Shown here piece by piece: positions 26,999-37,612 of a stretch of 64,000 nt of DNA. Position 1 is the stretch's first letter; every line of letters begins with the position of its first letter. The translations under genes and the position numbers were made by a program. This stretch comes from Syntrophorhabdaceae bacterium (GTDB lineage: Bacteria > Desulfobacterota > Syntrophorhabdia > Syntrophorhabdales > Syntrophorhabdaceae): the NCBI GenBank assembly GCA_963665295.1, contig OY762209.1, forward strand, positions 1,888,001 to 1,952,000, read 5' to 3'. Below the pieces are notes generated by a model. The model did not search any database. It saw only the letters and a list, made by a program, of their open reading frames with translations, and was not told the DNA's origin.

Positions 26999-27763
26999 AT
27001 GGGATCAGAAGGTAAGCTTGCACTCGTAACAGGCGCGTCAATGCCCCACGGCATCGGGAGGGCCGCAGCCCTGGCCATTGCCAGAGATGGGGCGGATGTG
27101 GTGGTAACAGGCTTCAACAACATGGACGGCGTGGAGAAGGTAGCGGCTGAGATCCGCGCCATGGGCCGCAAATCGATGGCGATCAGGATGAACGGAAGAG
27201 ACTATGGGGACGTACAGAAGGGTTTCGCCGCCATCAAGGCGGAAATGGGTCCTGTAGACATCCTTGTCAACAACGCAGCCCAGATGCGCCGCATGGTGAC
27301 CATTGCGAAGACCAACGTGGAAGACTGGGACAACGAGGTGAAGCTCTGTCTCAACTCCGCCTTCTACTGCATCAAGGAGGCATGGGCCGATATGACGGCA
27401 AAGAAGTGGGGACGCATCGTCAACATGTCCTCAGTAGCGGGCGTCATGGGCGGTTCCGGCCAGTCGAGCTACGGCGCGGCCAAAGCGGGCCTCATAGGCA
27501 TGGCAAAGTCGGCGGCCCTCGAAGGCGCACGGCACGGCATCACCGCCAACGTGGTCTTGATAGGCACGGCCAATACGGAGGCCTACTATGAGCCCATCCC
27601 CGAAGAGACCCGTCAGAAATTCGAGAAGAGGATCGCCCTTCGCAGACCTGCCGAGCCTGCAGAGATAGGCGAGGCCATCGCCTTCGTCGTATCCGACAAA
27701 GCGGCATACATGACCGGCGCCGTCGTCAACATGATGGGCGGACTCGATCTGTTTGTATTTTAA
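26999..27763 (+). CDS. short-chain dehydrogenase/reductase (FabG-like)
   Basis: TGAS..GIG, NNAA, SS, YGAAK. Confidence 0.92.
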   Translation: MGSEGKLALVTGASMPHGIGRAAALAIARDGADVVVTGFNNMDGVEKVAAEIRAMGRKSMAIRMNGRDYGDVQKGFAAIKAEMGPVDILVNNAAQMRRMVTIAKTNVEDWDNEVKLCLNSAFYCIKEAWADMTAKKWGRIVNMSSVAGVMGGSGQSSYGAAKAGLIGMAKSAALEGARHGITANVVLIGTANTEAYYEPIPEETRQKFEKRIALRRPAEPAEIGEAIAFVVSDKAAYMTGAVVNMMGGLDLFVF

Positions 27764-27773
27764 GGAGGAACAC

Positions 27774-28976
27774 ATGAACAAGTATACGAAAGCCTACATC
27801 CCTTACAAGGGCTATTATTCAACCCCCTTCTCACGCTGGCAGGGGAGCATGCAGAACGACAACGCCGTGGAACTGGCAGCAAAAACGGCAAGGAGATGGT
27901 TCCTTGAGAAGAACCTTGACCCCACGGTCATGGATTACATGTATTTCGGTTCCACCGTGGCCCAGAACCACTGGTTCTGTGCCCACAACTACGCCGCCGC
28001 CATGCTGACGGATGACCAGAAGTTCGTGCCCGCCCTGTTCGTGAACCAGGCGTGCGCCACATCGACCACGATCCTGAACCTTATTGCAAAGGACCTGGAG
28101 CTCGGCGTCTACGATGTAGGGTATGCCCTCATGGCGGACCGCTGCTCCAACGGACCCCACACCACGTGGGCAGACCCCTTAGGTCCCGGCGGCCAGCCCG
28201 ACAGGGAAGACTGGAACATGGATAACTTCAGCGGCACCCCGAGACACCGCGCTGCCATGGTGCAGACCGCGGAGAACGTCGCCAAGGAAGTGGGGATCAC
28301 GAAGGAAGAGTGCGACACGGTAGTCTTACGCCGTTTTCAGCAGTACCAGGACGCCATCGCCAACGACCGCGCATTCCAGAAGCGTTACATGTTCTCCCCC
28401 GAGGTCACGGTGACCAGGAAAAAGACCAAATTGATGGAAGTAGATGAAGGTTGGACCCCCACCACGGCGGAAGGTCTGGCCAAGCTGAAACCGGTCGTAC
28501 CCGGCGGCTGTCTCAGCTTCGGCGCTCAGACCTTTCCCGCCGATGGTAACTGCGGGATCATCGTTACCACGAGGGACAAGGCGAAGGAGTTGAGCGCGGA
28601 CCCGAAGAGGGAGATTCAGATCGTCTCCTACGGCTTCGCCCGCGTAAAACCCATGTTCATGCCTGCTGCCCCGATCCCCGCCTCCGAGATGGCCCTTGCC
28701 AACGCGGGTCTCAAGGTATCGGACATGAAGGCCATAAAGACCCATAACCCCTTCGCGGTCAATGACCTTGCCTTTGCGAAGAAGTTGGGCTACGATGTGA
28801 TGAAGATGAACAACAACGGAAGCTCCCTGATCTATGGTCATCCCCAGGGACCGACCATAGGCAGGGCGGTATGTGAGCTTATCGAAGAGCTGGTCCTCCT
28901 GGGAGGAGGCTACGGGCTCGTGACGGGTTGCTCCGCCGGTGATACGGCGGCTTCCCTGGTGCTGAAGGTAGACTAG
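27774..28976 (+). CDS. thiolase-family protein (divergent motifs)
   Basis: NQACATS, TAENVA, HNPFA, GHPQGPT, GCSAGD; AGGAGG RBS. Confidence 0.88.
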   Translation: MNKYTKAYIPYKGYYSTPFSRWQGSMQNDNAVELAAKTARRWFLEKNLDPTVMDYMYFGSTVAQNHWFCAHNYAAAMLTDDQKFVPALFVNQACATSTTILNLIAKDLELGVYDVGYALMADRCSNGPHTTWADPLGPGGQPDREDWNMDNFSGTPRHRAAMVQTAENVAKEVGITKEECDTVVLRRFQQYQDAIANDRAFQKRYMFSPEVTVTRKKTKLMEVDEGWTPTTAEGLAKLKPVVPGGCLSFGAQTFPADGNCGIIVTTRDKAKELSADPKREIQIVSYGFARVKPMFMPAAPIPASEMALANAGLKVSDMKAIKTHNPFAVNDLAFAKKLGYDVMKMNNNGSSLIYGHPQGPTIGRAVCELIEELVLLGGGYGLVTGCSAGDTAASLVLKVD

Positions 28977-28994
28977 GTAAAGGACGCAAATTCC

Positions 28995-29023
28995 GGGGGG
29001 CCGTAAGTCCGGCCCCCCTTTTT
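28995..29023 (+). terminator. rho-independent terminator
   Basis: GGGGGGCCG-TAAGTC-CGGCCCCCC-TTTTT. Confidence 0.85.
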
Positions 29024-29119
29024 GCTACACCCGGTATGGCTTTATCCGGGGGTAACAACAGGACGGACGGCGCCCGCGCCCTCCGCGCGGGGCATAGTCA
29101 CTAATTGTTGGGAGGTACA

Positions 29120-29833
29120 ATGGATTTCACACACCTGTTCAACGGCCCTTTCTTTTTCGGCCTGCTTAACATCATCTTCATCAACATCATCCTTTCAGGA
29201 GACAACGCAGTGGTCATCGCCATGGCGGTGAGGTCCCTTCCCCCCAAGGAAAGACAGTGGGGCATCATACTGGGTACCGCAGGGGCGGTGCTGCTCAGGA
29301 TAGCCCTTACCTTCGTGGCGGCAAAGCTCCTTGAAGTCTCCTTCGTGAAGCTCGCGGGCGGTCTTCTCATCCTCTGGATTGCCTTCAAGCTCCTCCTCCC
29401 TGAACCGGAGGGAGACAACGTAAAAGAGGTACATGGCCTCCGTCAGGCGGTCATCACCATCCTCATGGCAGACCTCGTAATGAGTCTCGATAACGTACTC
29501 GGCGTGGCGGGAGCCGCGAACGGGAACCTTCTTCTTCTCCTCATCGGACTTGCCACGAGCATCCCCATAGTGGTATTCGCGAGCAACATCATTACAAAGC
29601 TCATGGACCGCTTCCCGGTGATCGTCCTCCTGGGCGCCGCCGTACTGGGCAGGGTAGCGGGAGAGATGATCATGAGCGATCCCTGGATGGTGCGCTCCGT
29701 GTTCCACGGACATCCGGGTCACCTCCTCGACTATACGGTGCAGCTTGCCCTTGCCGTGGGTGTCGTGGTGGCGGCGAAGATGTGGGTGAAGGTGAAGGTT
29801 CGGACGGCGAAGCCCGCAACAGCGGTGGATTAA
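29120..29833 (+). CDS. TerC/YjbE-family membrane protein
   Basis: LSGDNAVVIA and ADLVMSLDNVL motifs; multiple TM segments. Confidence 0.9.
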   Translation: MDFTHLFNGPFFFGLLNIIFINIILSGDNAVVIAMAVRSLPPKERQWGIILGTAGAVLLRIALTFVAAKLLEVSFVKLAGGLLILWIAFKLLLPEPEGDNVKEVHGLRQAVITILMADLVMSLDNVLGVAGAANGNLLLLLIGLATSIPIVVFASNIITKLMDRFPVIVLLGAAVLGRVAGEMIMSDPWMVRSVFHGHPGHLLDYTVQLALAVGVVVAAKMWVKVKVRTAKPATAVD

Positions 29834-29933
29834 AAGAGACAGACCGGCTATCAGGGGATGATCATGGTCCGGCGCGCCCCAGCTCAAAAGGGAGGGGCTA
29901 CGCGAAATCGGACCATGGTCATCCTTTTATTCT

Positions 29934-31139
29934 TTACACGTTTGTGAGTATGTGCCCCAGCTTCTCCTGTTTTGTCCTGAGGTACACGATATTGTGATCG
30001 GTGGGCGACATTTCGAGGGGGACCCTTTCCACTACAGTCAGCCCATATCCTTCAAGGCCCAGTATCTTTCGGGGGTTGTTAGTGAGGAGCCTCATGCGTC
30101 GGACCCCGAGGTCATTGAGTATCTGCGCGCCTATCCCGTAATCCCTGAGGTCGGGGGAAAACCCCAGGGCAATATTCGCCTCCACCGTGTCGCGCCCCTT
30201 GTCCTGCAGGTTATACGCCCGGAGCTTGTTGAGAAGGCCTATGCCCCTTCCCTCCTGTCTCATATAGACGAATACGCCCTTCCCCTCCTTCCCGATCATG
30301 GCGAGGGCACGATGCATCTGCTCTCCACAGTCGCACCTCAGAGAGCCCAGGACGTCGCCTGTAAAGCATTCCGAGTGGACCCGCACGAGGACCGTATCAT
30401 CGGGCGTAATCTCTCCCTTCACAAGGGCGAGGTGAGTCTCTTTATCTACATCGTTGTCATATCCCACCAATGTGAATTCACCGCCGTACCTTGTAGGTAT
30501 TCTCGTCTGGGTGGCCCTTCGCACGAGTTTTTCATGTTTCATCCTGTAGGTGATGAGGTCCGCGATGGTCCCTATTTTGAGGTCGTGCCGCTTCGCGAAC
30601 CGTTTGAGGTCCACCATTCTCGCCATGGTACCGTTCTCTTTCATGATCTCGCAAATGACGGCCGCCGGCTTCAACCCTGCAATCCTTGCCAGATCGATGG
30701 ACGCCTCCGTGTGACCGACCCTGACGAGCACTCCGCCCTGTCGCGCCATGAGAGGGAAGACGTGCCCCGGTTTTGCAAGGTCGGCAGGCCTCGATCCGTC
30801 GGCTATGGCTACCTCGACGGTTTTTGCCCGGTCATGGGCCGATATACCGGTGGTTACGCCCTCTCGTGCCTCTATGGAGACGGTGAAGGCCGTATTATGG
30901 GCCGACGTATTCTCTCGCACCATTAAAGGAAGGCCGAGGCTCCTGACCTTCTCTTCCGTGAGGGGAAGACAAATAAGGCCGCAGGCGTACCGGGCCATGA
31001 AGGTGATTATCTCGGGTGTGGCCTTTTCGGCGGCCACCATGAGGTCCCCTTCATTTTCCCTGTCCTCGTCGTCAACGATGATGACCATTTTTCCGTTCTT
31101 TACGTCTTCAATTACGTCTTCGATATTTGAAACTGCCAT
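29934..31139 (-). CDS. ribBA: bifunctional DHBP synthase / GTP cyclohydrolase II
   Basis: [25 protein letters not shown]...[17 protein letters not shown]. Confidence 0.96.
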   Translation of the reverse strand: MAVSNIEDVIEDVKNGKMVIIVDDEDRENEGDLMVAAEKATPEIITFMARYACGLICLPLTEEKVRSLGLPLMVRENTSAHNTAFTVSIEAREGVTTGISAHDRAKTVEVAIADGSRPADLAKPGHVFPLMARQGGVLVRVGHTEASIDLARIAGLKPAAVICEIMKENGTMARMVDLKRFAKRHDLKIGTIADLITYRMKHEKLVRRATQTRIPTRYGGEFTLVGYDNDVDKETHLALVKGEITPDDTVLVRVHSECFTGDVLGSLRCDCGEQMHRALAMIGKEGKGVFVYMRQEGRGIGLLNKLRAYNLQDKGRDTVEANIALGFSPDLRDYGIGAQILNDLGVRRMRLLTNNPRKILGLEGYGLTVVERVPLEMSPTDHNIVYLRTKQEKLGHILTNV

Positions 31140-31345
31140 ATGTGCCCCCTTTTATCTGTTCATGCGGTCCCACGGGTGTAACGAAGGGTTTCGGGCAGGG
31201 AGGATGGAGGGTTCATGTCACTTCATCTTGCAGGGACCGATGGATCATCCTTTCCCGGAGACGGGTTTACGACGGAACCTGCGCTTACGGTCAGGCCGGG
31301 CAACACGGCGATCAGGCGCGGGATGGTCTCCCGTCTCCTGCGCCG

Positions 31346-31392
31346 GGATGGGATAACCGGTTCCCCAAGGGGTGTGTCCGGTTATCCCATCC
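31346..31392. terminator. strong intergenic hairpin (15-bp perfect stem)
   Basis: GGATGGGATAACCGG-N17-CCGGTTATCCCATCC, 40 nt after the stop of the Tm-1-like gene; no U-tract. Confidence 0.5.
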
Positions 31393-31431
31393 AACGACAC
31401 TGTCTCACTCAAACCGTAAGCAGCTTTATGC

Positions 31432-32643
31432 TCAACTCCTTTGCAGCGAACGGGAAACGTTTTCCAGAAAAGCGTCCATAACGGCATCGGTAAATTTCTC
31501 TTCAAGCACGTGGGCATCTACCTTGACAACTTTGAACTTGCCGTCGAAGGCCGAGATCGCCTCGATGAATCCCTGGTCTGCGTCGGGATTGTACAGGGCG
31601 CCGCCCACCTGATCGTGTACACCGAAGCCGCGCATGGGTATTACCACAGTGACGGGTCCCTTGCTCCTCGCCAGTTTTTCCCCTACTTCCTTTCCTACCC
31701 GCGTGAGTTCTTCCTTGCTGGACCGGTAAAGGGCTACTGCCCGGTTATGAGGCTGAACCACCCGTCCCGGATATTTTCCGGGCGCCGCGGCGATGAAATC
31801 ACAGGAGCCGGGGATAAAGACCTGGGGCAGGCCCAACTTTCCGGCATTCTCATAGCGGTCGTCAGGGGGAAAGGAGTCCCCGCCCCCGAGACGGTCAAGC
31901 CAGTCACTCGCAAGCTCGATGACCCCGCCGTCGATATAGCCGTCCGCAAGGACCTGTTCGAGACTTGCAGGGCCGAACCCGAAACAATGGAAGGTCATGG
32001 GCTGATAACCGGCGTCGGTAAGACGGTCCCTTATCCTTCTGTTTGCATCCTCGGTGGTGCCTTTGGCGCATACCGCCACTACTTTCTTGTCTCCCGTTTC
32101 CGACGGTATCTCCACATTCGCCATTCCCACCACGCCCCCGCAGGCCCTGGAAAAGATTGTCCGTGTAAGGCGGTTCACTCCGACCACATCGGTGACCGAA
32201 TGGTACATGCAGATATCTTTAGTTCCTACCGCAGGTCCCACTACGGCCGGATTGCCTGCCTGCGAAGACACCATGAACTTCGGTATGCCCACGGGAAGGG
32301 CGCGCATTACGCCGGTTCCCATGGCTGTACCCATGCCGCCCCCGATGCCGAGGATGCCATGGATCTTGTCTTCCAGGTGGAGTTTGAGCGCTATGTTGCC
32401 TGCTCCCTGGGTCATGAGTCCGAGCGCCTCGGCCTCAGCGGGGATCTTCCTTACCGCATCGATCGAAGAACCGGCCGCCTCGGCGACTTCCTCCCGGGTT
32501 ACGTCGGCCTTTATGGTCGAGGACCCCAGTATTCCCGCGTCGAGCAACATGGCCTTTGCCCCCAGAAGCTCTATCTGTTCCTTTGCAAAGGCCACTTCCG
32601 TGCCCTTCGTATCCAACGTTGCCACTACAAGGATTGTCTTCAT
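31432..32643 (-). CDS. Tm-1-like ATP-binding domain protein (UPF0261)
   Basis: VVATLDTKGTE, GIGGGMGT...MRALPVGIPKFMVSS, SVTDVVGVN. Confidence 0.88.
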   Translation of the reverse strand: MKTILVVATLDTKGTEVAFAKEQIELLGAKAMLLDAGILGSSTIKADVTREEVAEAAGSSIDAVRKIPAEAEALGLMTQGAGNIALKLHLEDKIHGILGIGGGMGTAMGTGVMRALPVGIPKFMVSSQAGNPAVVGPAVGTKDICMYHSVTDVVGVNRLTRTIFSRACGGVVGMANVEIPSETGDKKVVAVCAKGTTEDANRRIRDRLTDAGYQPMTFHCFGFGPASLEQVLADGYIDGGVIELASDWLDRLGGGDSFPPDDRYENAGKLGLPQVFIPGSCDFIAAAPGKYPGRVVQPHNRAVALYRSSKEELTRVGKEVGEKLARSKGPVTVVIPMRGFGVHDQVGGALYNPDADQGFIEAISAFDGKFKVVKVDAHVLEEKFTDAVMDAFLENVSRSLQRS

Positions 32644-32924
32644 CTCTTCCACCCCTTTTTTATCTGACGGTTTCGCTTCTAAGCCGCCCTGTTTCCTGCT
32701 TACAGGGCGCGGGCAACAAAACATTTGGTGAGACAGCGATCCGGACTCTTTTGTCCCTCCCCGCTTTGCATACCGTAAACCTGACCTTCAAGACCCGGTT
32801 TCCTCCCAGGTACGCATGAAACCCGTGCAAAGTTCGGACAGTTCACCCTAGCTCATGAGACCCTCCCTTTTTTTATGCCAATATCCCTGTGTTTCTGTTA
32901 TATTAAGAAGCATATTTCCCCATA

Positions 32925-32965
32925 GATCAACTTAGTTTTACTTATATCCCATCAGTAAATGTTAT
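32925..32965 (-). promoter_or_regulatory. LysR-type operator plus -35 upstream of Tm-1-like/ribBA genes
   Basis: ATAACATTTACTGATGGGATATAAGTAAAACTAAGTTGATC. Confidence 0.6.
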
Positions 32966-33155
32966 CCTCATCATTCCCGTAACCGCACCGTGTTTCGCCG
33001 GACCGGCATCGGCGGAACACGGTGCGGGAGGCCGGGGGAAGGAAGGCGTTGTCCGCCGGATGAGGTGTGGCAGTGTACAGGTCCCGCAAAGTCCGGCCTC
33101 ATGTGCCGGTGCAGATCCCGATGCCGGTCAGAGGAGCGCCGGTCTTATGGACGGG

Positions 33156-34055
33156 CTAGAGGACATATTTCAATTTAAGCTCTTCTATGTGGTGCACGAA
33201 CCGCCGGATGGCGAGATCATATTTTCTGGATTTCAGAAATACTACGTACACATCCAGCGACAGTTTCTCCTTCAATGACAATACCTTGAAATGTTTAAGG
33301 TCTTCCGGCAACACAGCCCTCTTGATAAGAATGGACAGGCCTTTGCCCTGGGATACCCACTCCTTTATGAAATCCGTGCTTTTCATGTCGATGAGGACGG
33401 AAGGCTTCGCTTTCACCGCTTCAAGGGCTGAGAGGACAGTCTTCCGTGTGGCGGACTCCTTTTCCCTCACGATCATGGGGTAGCCATCTATTTCCCGGAG
33501 CGATATGGAGTCTTTTCCAGCGAGGGGATGATTACGGGGCACTATCGCCACAAGTTCCTCTTTCACAAGAGAGAACTCCGCGAGGTTCTGGGGAATCTTC
33601 TCCGTGGCTACGATCACCACGTCATTCTCCATGACGGACAGGGTCTTTATCAAATCGCCCGAGCTTCCCGTATCGAGTTTTATCATCACGTCCGGATTGT
33701 CCTTCTGAAATGTGCCGAGTATGAAGGGCACCATTATCCTCGAATAGACGGGGGTAGTCGCCACCCGGAGCAACGGGGCGGGCTCCTGCCGTATGTTTCT
33801 GATGACGGTCTCCAGGCCCCTCGCCATGGCCTCTATCTTCTCTGCATACTTGAAGACGATCTTGCCCTCTTTCGTGAGCGTGCATACCCCGTTTTCCCTC
33901 TTTATGAGTCTGCACCCGGCCTGGGCCTCGATCTGGGCCACGTGTTTGGAGACGCCGGGTTGCGTGATAAAAAGCAGGTCTGCCGCCTTGGAAAAACTGT
34001 TCAGTTTTGCCACTTCGTAAAAAACGATCAAGGAGTTCAATGAATAGGAGAACAT
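33156..34055 (-). CDS. LysR-family transcriptional regulator (copy C, diverged paralogue)
   Basis: 299 aa from MFSYSLNSLIVFYEVAKLNSFSKAADLLF; colinear with copies A and B. Confidence 0.94.
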   Translation of the reverse strand: MFSYSLNSLIVFYEVAKLNSFSKAADLLFITQPGVSKHVAQIEAQAGCRLIKRENGVCTLTKEGKIVFKYAEKIEAMARGLETVIRNIRQEPAPLLRVATTPVYSRIMVPFILGTFQKDNPDVMIKLDTGSSGDLIKTLSVMENDVVIVATEKIPQNLAEFSLVKEELVAIVPRNHPLAGKDSISLREIDGYPMIVREKESATRKTVLSALEAVKAKPSVLIDMKSTDFIKEWVSQGKGLSILIKRAVLPEDLKHFKVLSLKEKLSLDVYVVFLKSRKYDLAIRRFVHHIEELKLKYVL

Positions 34056-34281
34056 GATTGTTTCCTCGTTTAATTGAGCTGGTCTTGCGTAATGAGTCTG
34101 TATTCTAGGACAATTAGACAGTAGATTAATTCGCAAAGTCAAGAACCTATAATCGGAGCCGGTGACGGTTTGTCCGGAATTACGCACAGAAGGGGGACCT
34201 CCTTGTCACGCTGTTCTACCACGTTTCGCAACGAAAATGAAGGAAACAGGCATTCCGGAGGGCGGGAAGAGAATAGCGCTT

Positions 34282-34313
34282 ATAGGTTTTTCTGATGGGT
34301 CATAACAAATATT
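34282..34313 (+). promoter_or_regulatory. partial LysR-type operator motif
   Basis: ATAGGTTTTTCTGATGGGTCATAACAAATATT; no TTGACA. Confidence 0.55.
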
Positions 34314-34547
34314 ACGGGGGCCTCCCGGGTGCGGAAAAAGGGGGTCCGGCGCAGTATGAAAGGCCGTGGGTGTCATCAAGCCCCCCGTTCGGCCCACGAG
34401 GGGCGGTGCCGCCCGGTGCCCGGTGCCCCGTCATCCATGGAGTGGCGCGGGAGGTTCCATTCATGGTAAAAGAATTGAGGATGGGCAACTGTATTGTGCC
34501 GCCGTCGGGGTCTCCCGGGCGCGATCTTGAGGAAGGAGAGATGCGAT

Positions 34548-35066
34548 ATGAATGATTCCGTGTTGGATGGCAAAAGGATTCTTGCCGTGGACGATGAGCC
34601 GGATGTTCTCGGTATCCTGGAAGAGGAAATCATGGACGCCTGTCCCAACTGCGTGTTTGAAAAGGCCGTCAATTATGAGGACGCGAAAGAGATGATCGGG
34701 TCGGAGTCGTATGATGTCGTCATTCTCGACATTATGGGCGTACGGGGGTTTGACCTCCTCGATATCGCCGTACAGAGGGGGTTGAAGGCGGCGGTGCTCA
34801 CAGCTCACGCCCTGTCGCCGGAAATGCTGGCCCGCGCCGTGCAGATGAAGGCCAGGGCTTACCTGTCGAAAGAGAAACTCGGTCAGATAGTCCCCTTTCT
34901 CGAAGACCTGGTGAGCTACGATTATGAATCAGGTCTGTATCATGTGTTTCCCGACAGCCCCGGTCCAAGGCAGGAAGGGGAAGGGGAAGGGACGAAAAGG
35001 CAGGCGGGTGACGGCAGGGACCAGCTCAGAAAGCCGACGGTATCGTGGTATGGCAAGCATTCCTGA
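34548..35066 (+). CDS. response regulator receiver protein
   Basis: ILAVDDEPD, VILDIMG, LTAHA, YLSK. Confidence 0.85.
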   Translation: MNDSVLDGKRILAVDDEPDVLGILEEEIMDACPNCVFEKAVNYEDAKEMIGSESYDVVILDIMGVRGFDLLDIAVQRGLKAAVLTAHALSPEMLARAVQMKARAYLSKEKLGQIVPFLEDLVSYDYESGLYHVFPDSPGPRQEGEGEGTKRQAGDGRDQLRKPTVSWYGKHS

Positions 35067-35100
35067 CCGATGACGCGTGCGGGGCGGGTGAGCCGCTTCT

Positions 35101-35847
35101 TCAGGACTGTATCCTGCGGAAGAGGAAACTCCCGATCCCGGTAATCGTCGCGGCCACGAGAACGAGCATGGCGGAATCGGTAAAAAGGCCCATATGACCT
35201 CCCCCGGTCATCACTGTCCGCAGTGCATCGACGCCGTAGGCGAGAGGGTTTGCCCAGCAGACGATGGTCATTGCCCTGGGGAGGCTCTCCATGGGGAAAA
35301 GGGCACCGGATAGAAAGAAAGTGGGCATCACAAGGAAGTTCATGATAAGTTGAAACCCCTGGGTGTCCTCGATAAGGCATGCGATAGCCGTTCCGAAAGC
35401 GGTAAACGTTACGGCTATGAGCGCCATGTAGACCGGGACGAGAGGGAGGAGGGCAGGCTCCGGGGGCCTGTAACCCACGATAAGACAGAGAAAGAATACG
35501 ATCATCCCCTGAAATACCGCCACTGTCGCAGCCCCCAGGGTCCTTCCGATCATGATGCGGGTTCTCGACACGGGTGCCACAAGAATCTCCTTGAGAAAAC
35601 CGAACTGCCTGTCCCAGAGTACTTCGATGCCGGAGAAGGTGGCGCTGAAGAGGATGCTCATGGCGATGATCCCCGGTGCGAGGAACTGGATGTAGTTGCC
35701 TCCTCCGGCCTTCGCGTATATGGGGCCGAAGCCGAACCCGAGGGCCACGAGGAACAGGAGGGGCTGGCCCAATGAGCCTATGATCCTGGATTTGGACCTG
35801 AAATACCGCTTCAACTGCCTGAGCCAGAGGATGTAGATCACATTCAT
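35101..35847 (-). CDS. ABC-2 type transporter permease (DrrB-like)
   Basis: FLAPGII, DRQFGFLKEILVAP, FLSGALFP, NPLAYGVD. Confidence 0.92.
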   Translation of the reverse strand: MNVIYILWLRQLKRYFRSKSRIIGSLGQPLLFLVALGFGFGPIYAKAGGGNYIQFLAPGIIAMSILFSATFSGIEVLWDRQFGFLKEILVAPVSRTRIMIGRTLGAATVAVFQGMIVFFLCLIVGYRPPEPALLPLVPVYMALIAVTFTAFGTAIACLIEDTQGFQLIMNFLVMPTFFLSGALFPMESLPRAMTIVCWANPLAYGVDALRTVMTGGGHMGLFTDSAMLVLVAATITGIGSFLFRRIQS

Positions 35848-36662
35848 CTGTTTCTGCCCCGCATAAATTTCCGCTGGACCCTCATGCGCTCCAGGGGGTT
35901 TGCCTCTTCGGCCCTGAGGCCGCGACCGGTGAGGGCGATAAAGGCGTCCTCCAGGGAGCTAGTGCCTGTCTTTTCCTTCAATTCACCGGGGGTCCCGTCG
36001 GCAACGATCCGTCCCCGGTCTATGATGGCGATGCGGTTGGCCGCTCTTTCCGCTTCCTCCATGTAATGGGTGGTAAAAAAAACGGTTACCCCCTCGGACC
36101 GGTTGAGTTCCTTGATGTGGCCCCAGATGAGGTTCCGCGTCTGGGGATCGAGGCCAAGAGTGGGTTCGTCAAGAAAGAGGACTATGGGATGGTGAAGGAG
36201 GCCTCTCGCAATTTCGAGCCTCCGCTTCATTCCACCGGAAAAGGTCTTGACGAAGTCGTCTTTCCGGTCCCACAGTTCCACAATGGAAAGGAGCTCCCTT
36301 ATCCTCGGTTTCCTTATCTCTTTCGGGACGTTATAGAGTATGCCATGGTACTCCATGTTCTCGTAGGCGGTAAGTTCTTCATCGAGGCTCGGGTCCTGAA
36401 ACACGATTCCGAAGGTCCGGCGTACCTTGTGGGGAGATGTGGCAGGATCATGGCCGTTCATGGAAATCCTCCCGCTTGTGGGGCGAAGAAGGGTGGTGAG
36501 CATCTTGATGGTCGTCGACTTTCCCGCCCCGTTCGGGCCGAGAAAGGCGAAAATCTCCCCTGCCTCGATGGAAAAGGTCAGGTGGTCGACGGCCACGAAG
36601 TCGTCAAACATCTTGGTGAGGTCGTTTACGCTGATAATATGCTTCTTGTCTGCTTCCGTCAT
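35844..36662 (-). CDS. ABC transporter ATP-binding protein (DrrA-like)
   Basis: GPNGAGKS, FSGGMKRR, LFLDEPT, TTHY. Confidence 0.94.
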   Translation of the reverse strand: MTEADKKHIISVNDLTKMFDDFVAVDHLTFSIEAGEIFAFLGPNGAGKSTTIKMLTTLLRPTSGRISMNGHDPATSPHKVRRTFGIVFQDPSLDEELTAYENMEYHGILYNVPKEIRKPRIRELLSIVELWDRKDDFVKTFSGGMKRRLEIARGLLHHPIVLFLDEPTLGLDPQTRNLIWGHIKELNRSEGVTVFFTTHYMEEAERAANRIAIIDRGRIVADGTPGELKEKTGTSSLEDAFIALTGRGLRAEEANPLERMRVQRKFMRGRNR

Positions 36663-36712
36663 CCGTCCTGCCCTCGATCGGTCAATCTTGCTTCATCCGG
36701 TCCGGTACGCCT

Positions 36713-37612
36713 TTACAACACATACTTCGATTTAAGCTCCTCCACGTGGTGGACGAACTTCCGGATGGCGAGGTCGTATCTCCTTGCCTTCAAAAAGAGC
36801 ATGGACACGTTAAGGGAAAGGTCCTCATCCAGGGGTATGACCTTGAGGTGCTTGAGGTCGTCGGCCGATACGGCCCTCTTGATGAGGATCGACTTGCCCT
36901 TGCCCTGAGATACCCACTCCTTTATGAATTCCGTGCTCTTCATGTCGATGAGGACGGAAGGCTTTATCTTCATCGACTCGAAGGCGGCAAGTACCGCATG
37001 CCTCGTGGCGGACCCTTTCTCCCGTACGATCAGAGGACGTCCCTCCATCTCCCGTAAGGATATGGACGTCCTTATGGAGAAGGGATGGTTGGTGGGCACT
37101 ATGGCCACCAGTTCCTCTTTCACGAGAGGGAATACGGAGAGGTTCTTCGAGGTCTTTTCCGCAGCAGCGATTACCACATCGTTCTTCATGGCAAGGACCG
37201 AATCCACAAGGTCATGGGAGGTCCCCATGTCGAGGGCGATGGAGATATCAGGGTTGTCCTTCTGAAAGGTGCCGAGGATAAAGGGGAGCATGACCTTCGA
37301 ATATATGGGGCTCGTGGCGAGCCTCAAAGAGGGGACGGATTCCTGCTTTATGCCCCTTATGGTATTCTCGAGGCCCCTTGCCATGGTCTCTATCTTCTCC
37401 GCATACCTGAAGACCGCCTTTCCCTCCTTGGTGAGTCTGCACGCGCCCTTTTCCCGTGTAAGGAGCCTGCTCCCCGTCTGGGCCTCCAGTTGGGCCACAT
37501 GGTTCGACACGCCCGGCTGGGTCATGAAAAGCAGGTCCGCAGCCTTGGAAAAGCTGTTCAGTTTTACGACTTCGTAGAACACGATCAAGGAGTTTAGTGA
37601 GTAGGAGAACAT
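36713..37612 (-). CDS. LysR-family transcriptional regulator (copy B), divergent from the ppc operon
   Basis: Protein identical to 20279-21178. Confidence 0.95.
   Translation of the reverse strand: MFSYSLNSLIVFYEVVKLNSFSKAADLLFMTQPGVSNHVAQLEAQTGSRLLTREKGACRLTKEGKAVFRYAEKIETMARGLENTIRGIKQESVPSLRLATSPIYSKVMLPFILGTFQKDNPDISIALDMGTSHDLVDSVLAMKNDVVIAAAEKTSKNLSVFPLVKEELVAIVPTNHPFSIRTSISLREMEGRPLIVREKGSATRHAVLAAFESMKIKPSVLIDMKSTEFIKEWVSQGKGKSILIKRAVSADDLKHLKVIPLDEDLSLNVSMLFLKARRYDLAIRKFVHHVEELKSKYVL

Noticed and set aside
31140..31431. Possible FMN riboswitch upstream of ribBA
   Set aside because: I could not find the conserved RFN sequence blocks on the minus strand; only a plain hairpin is evident. 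An Infernal RF00050 search would settle it.
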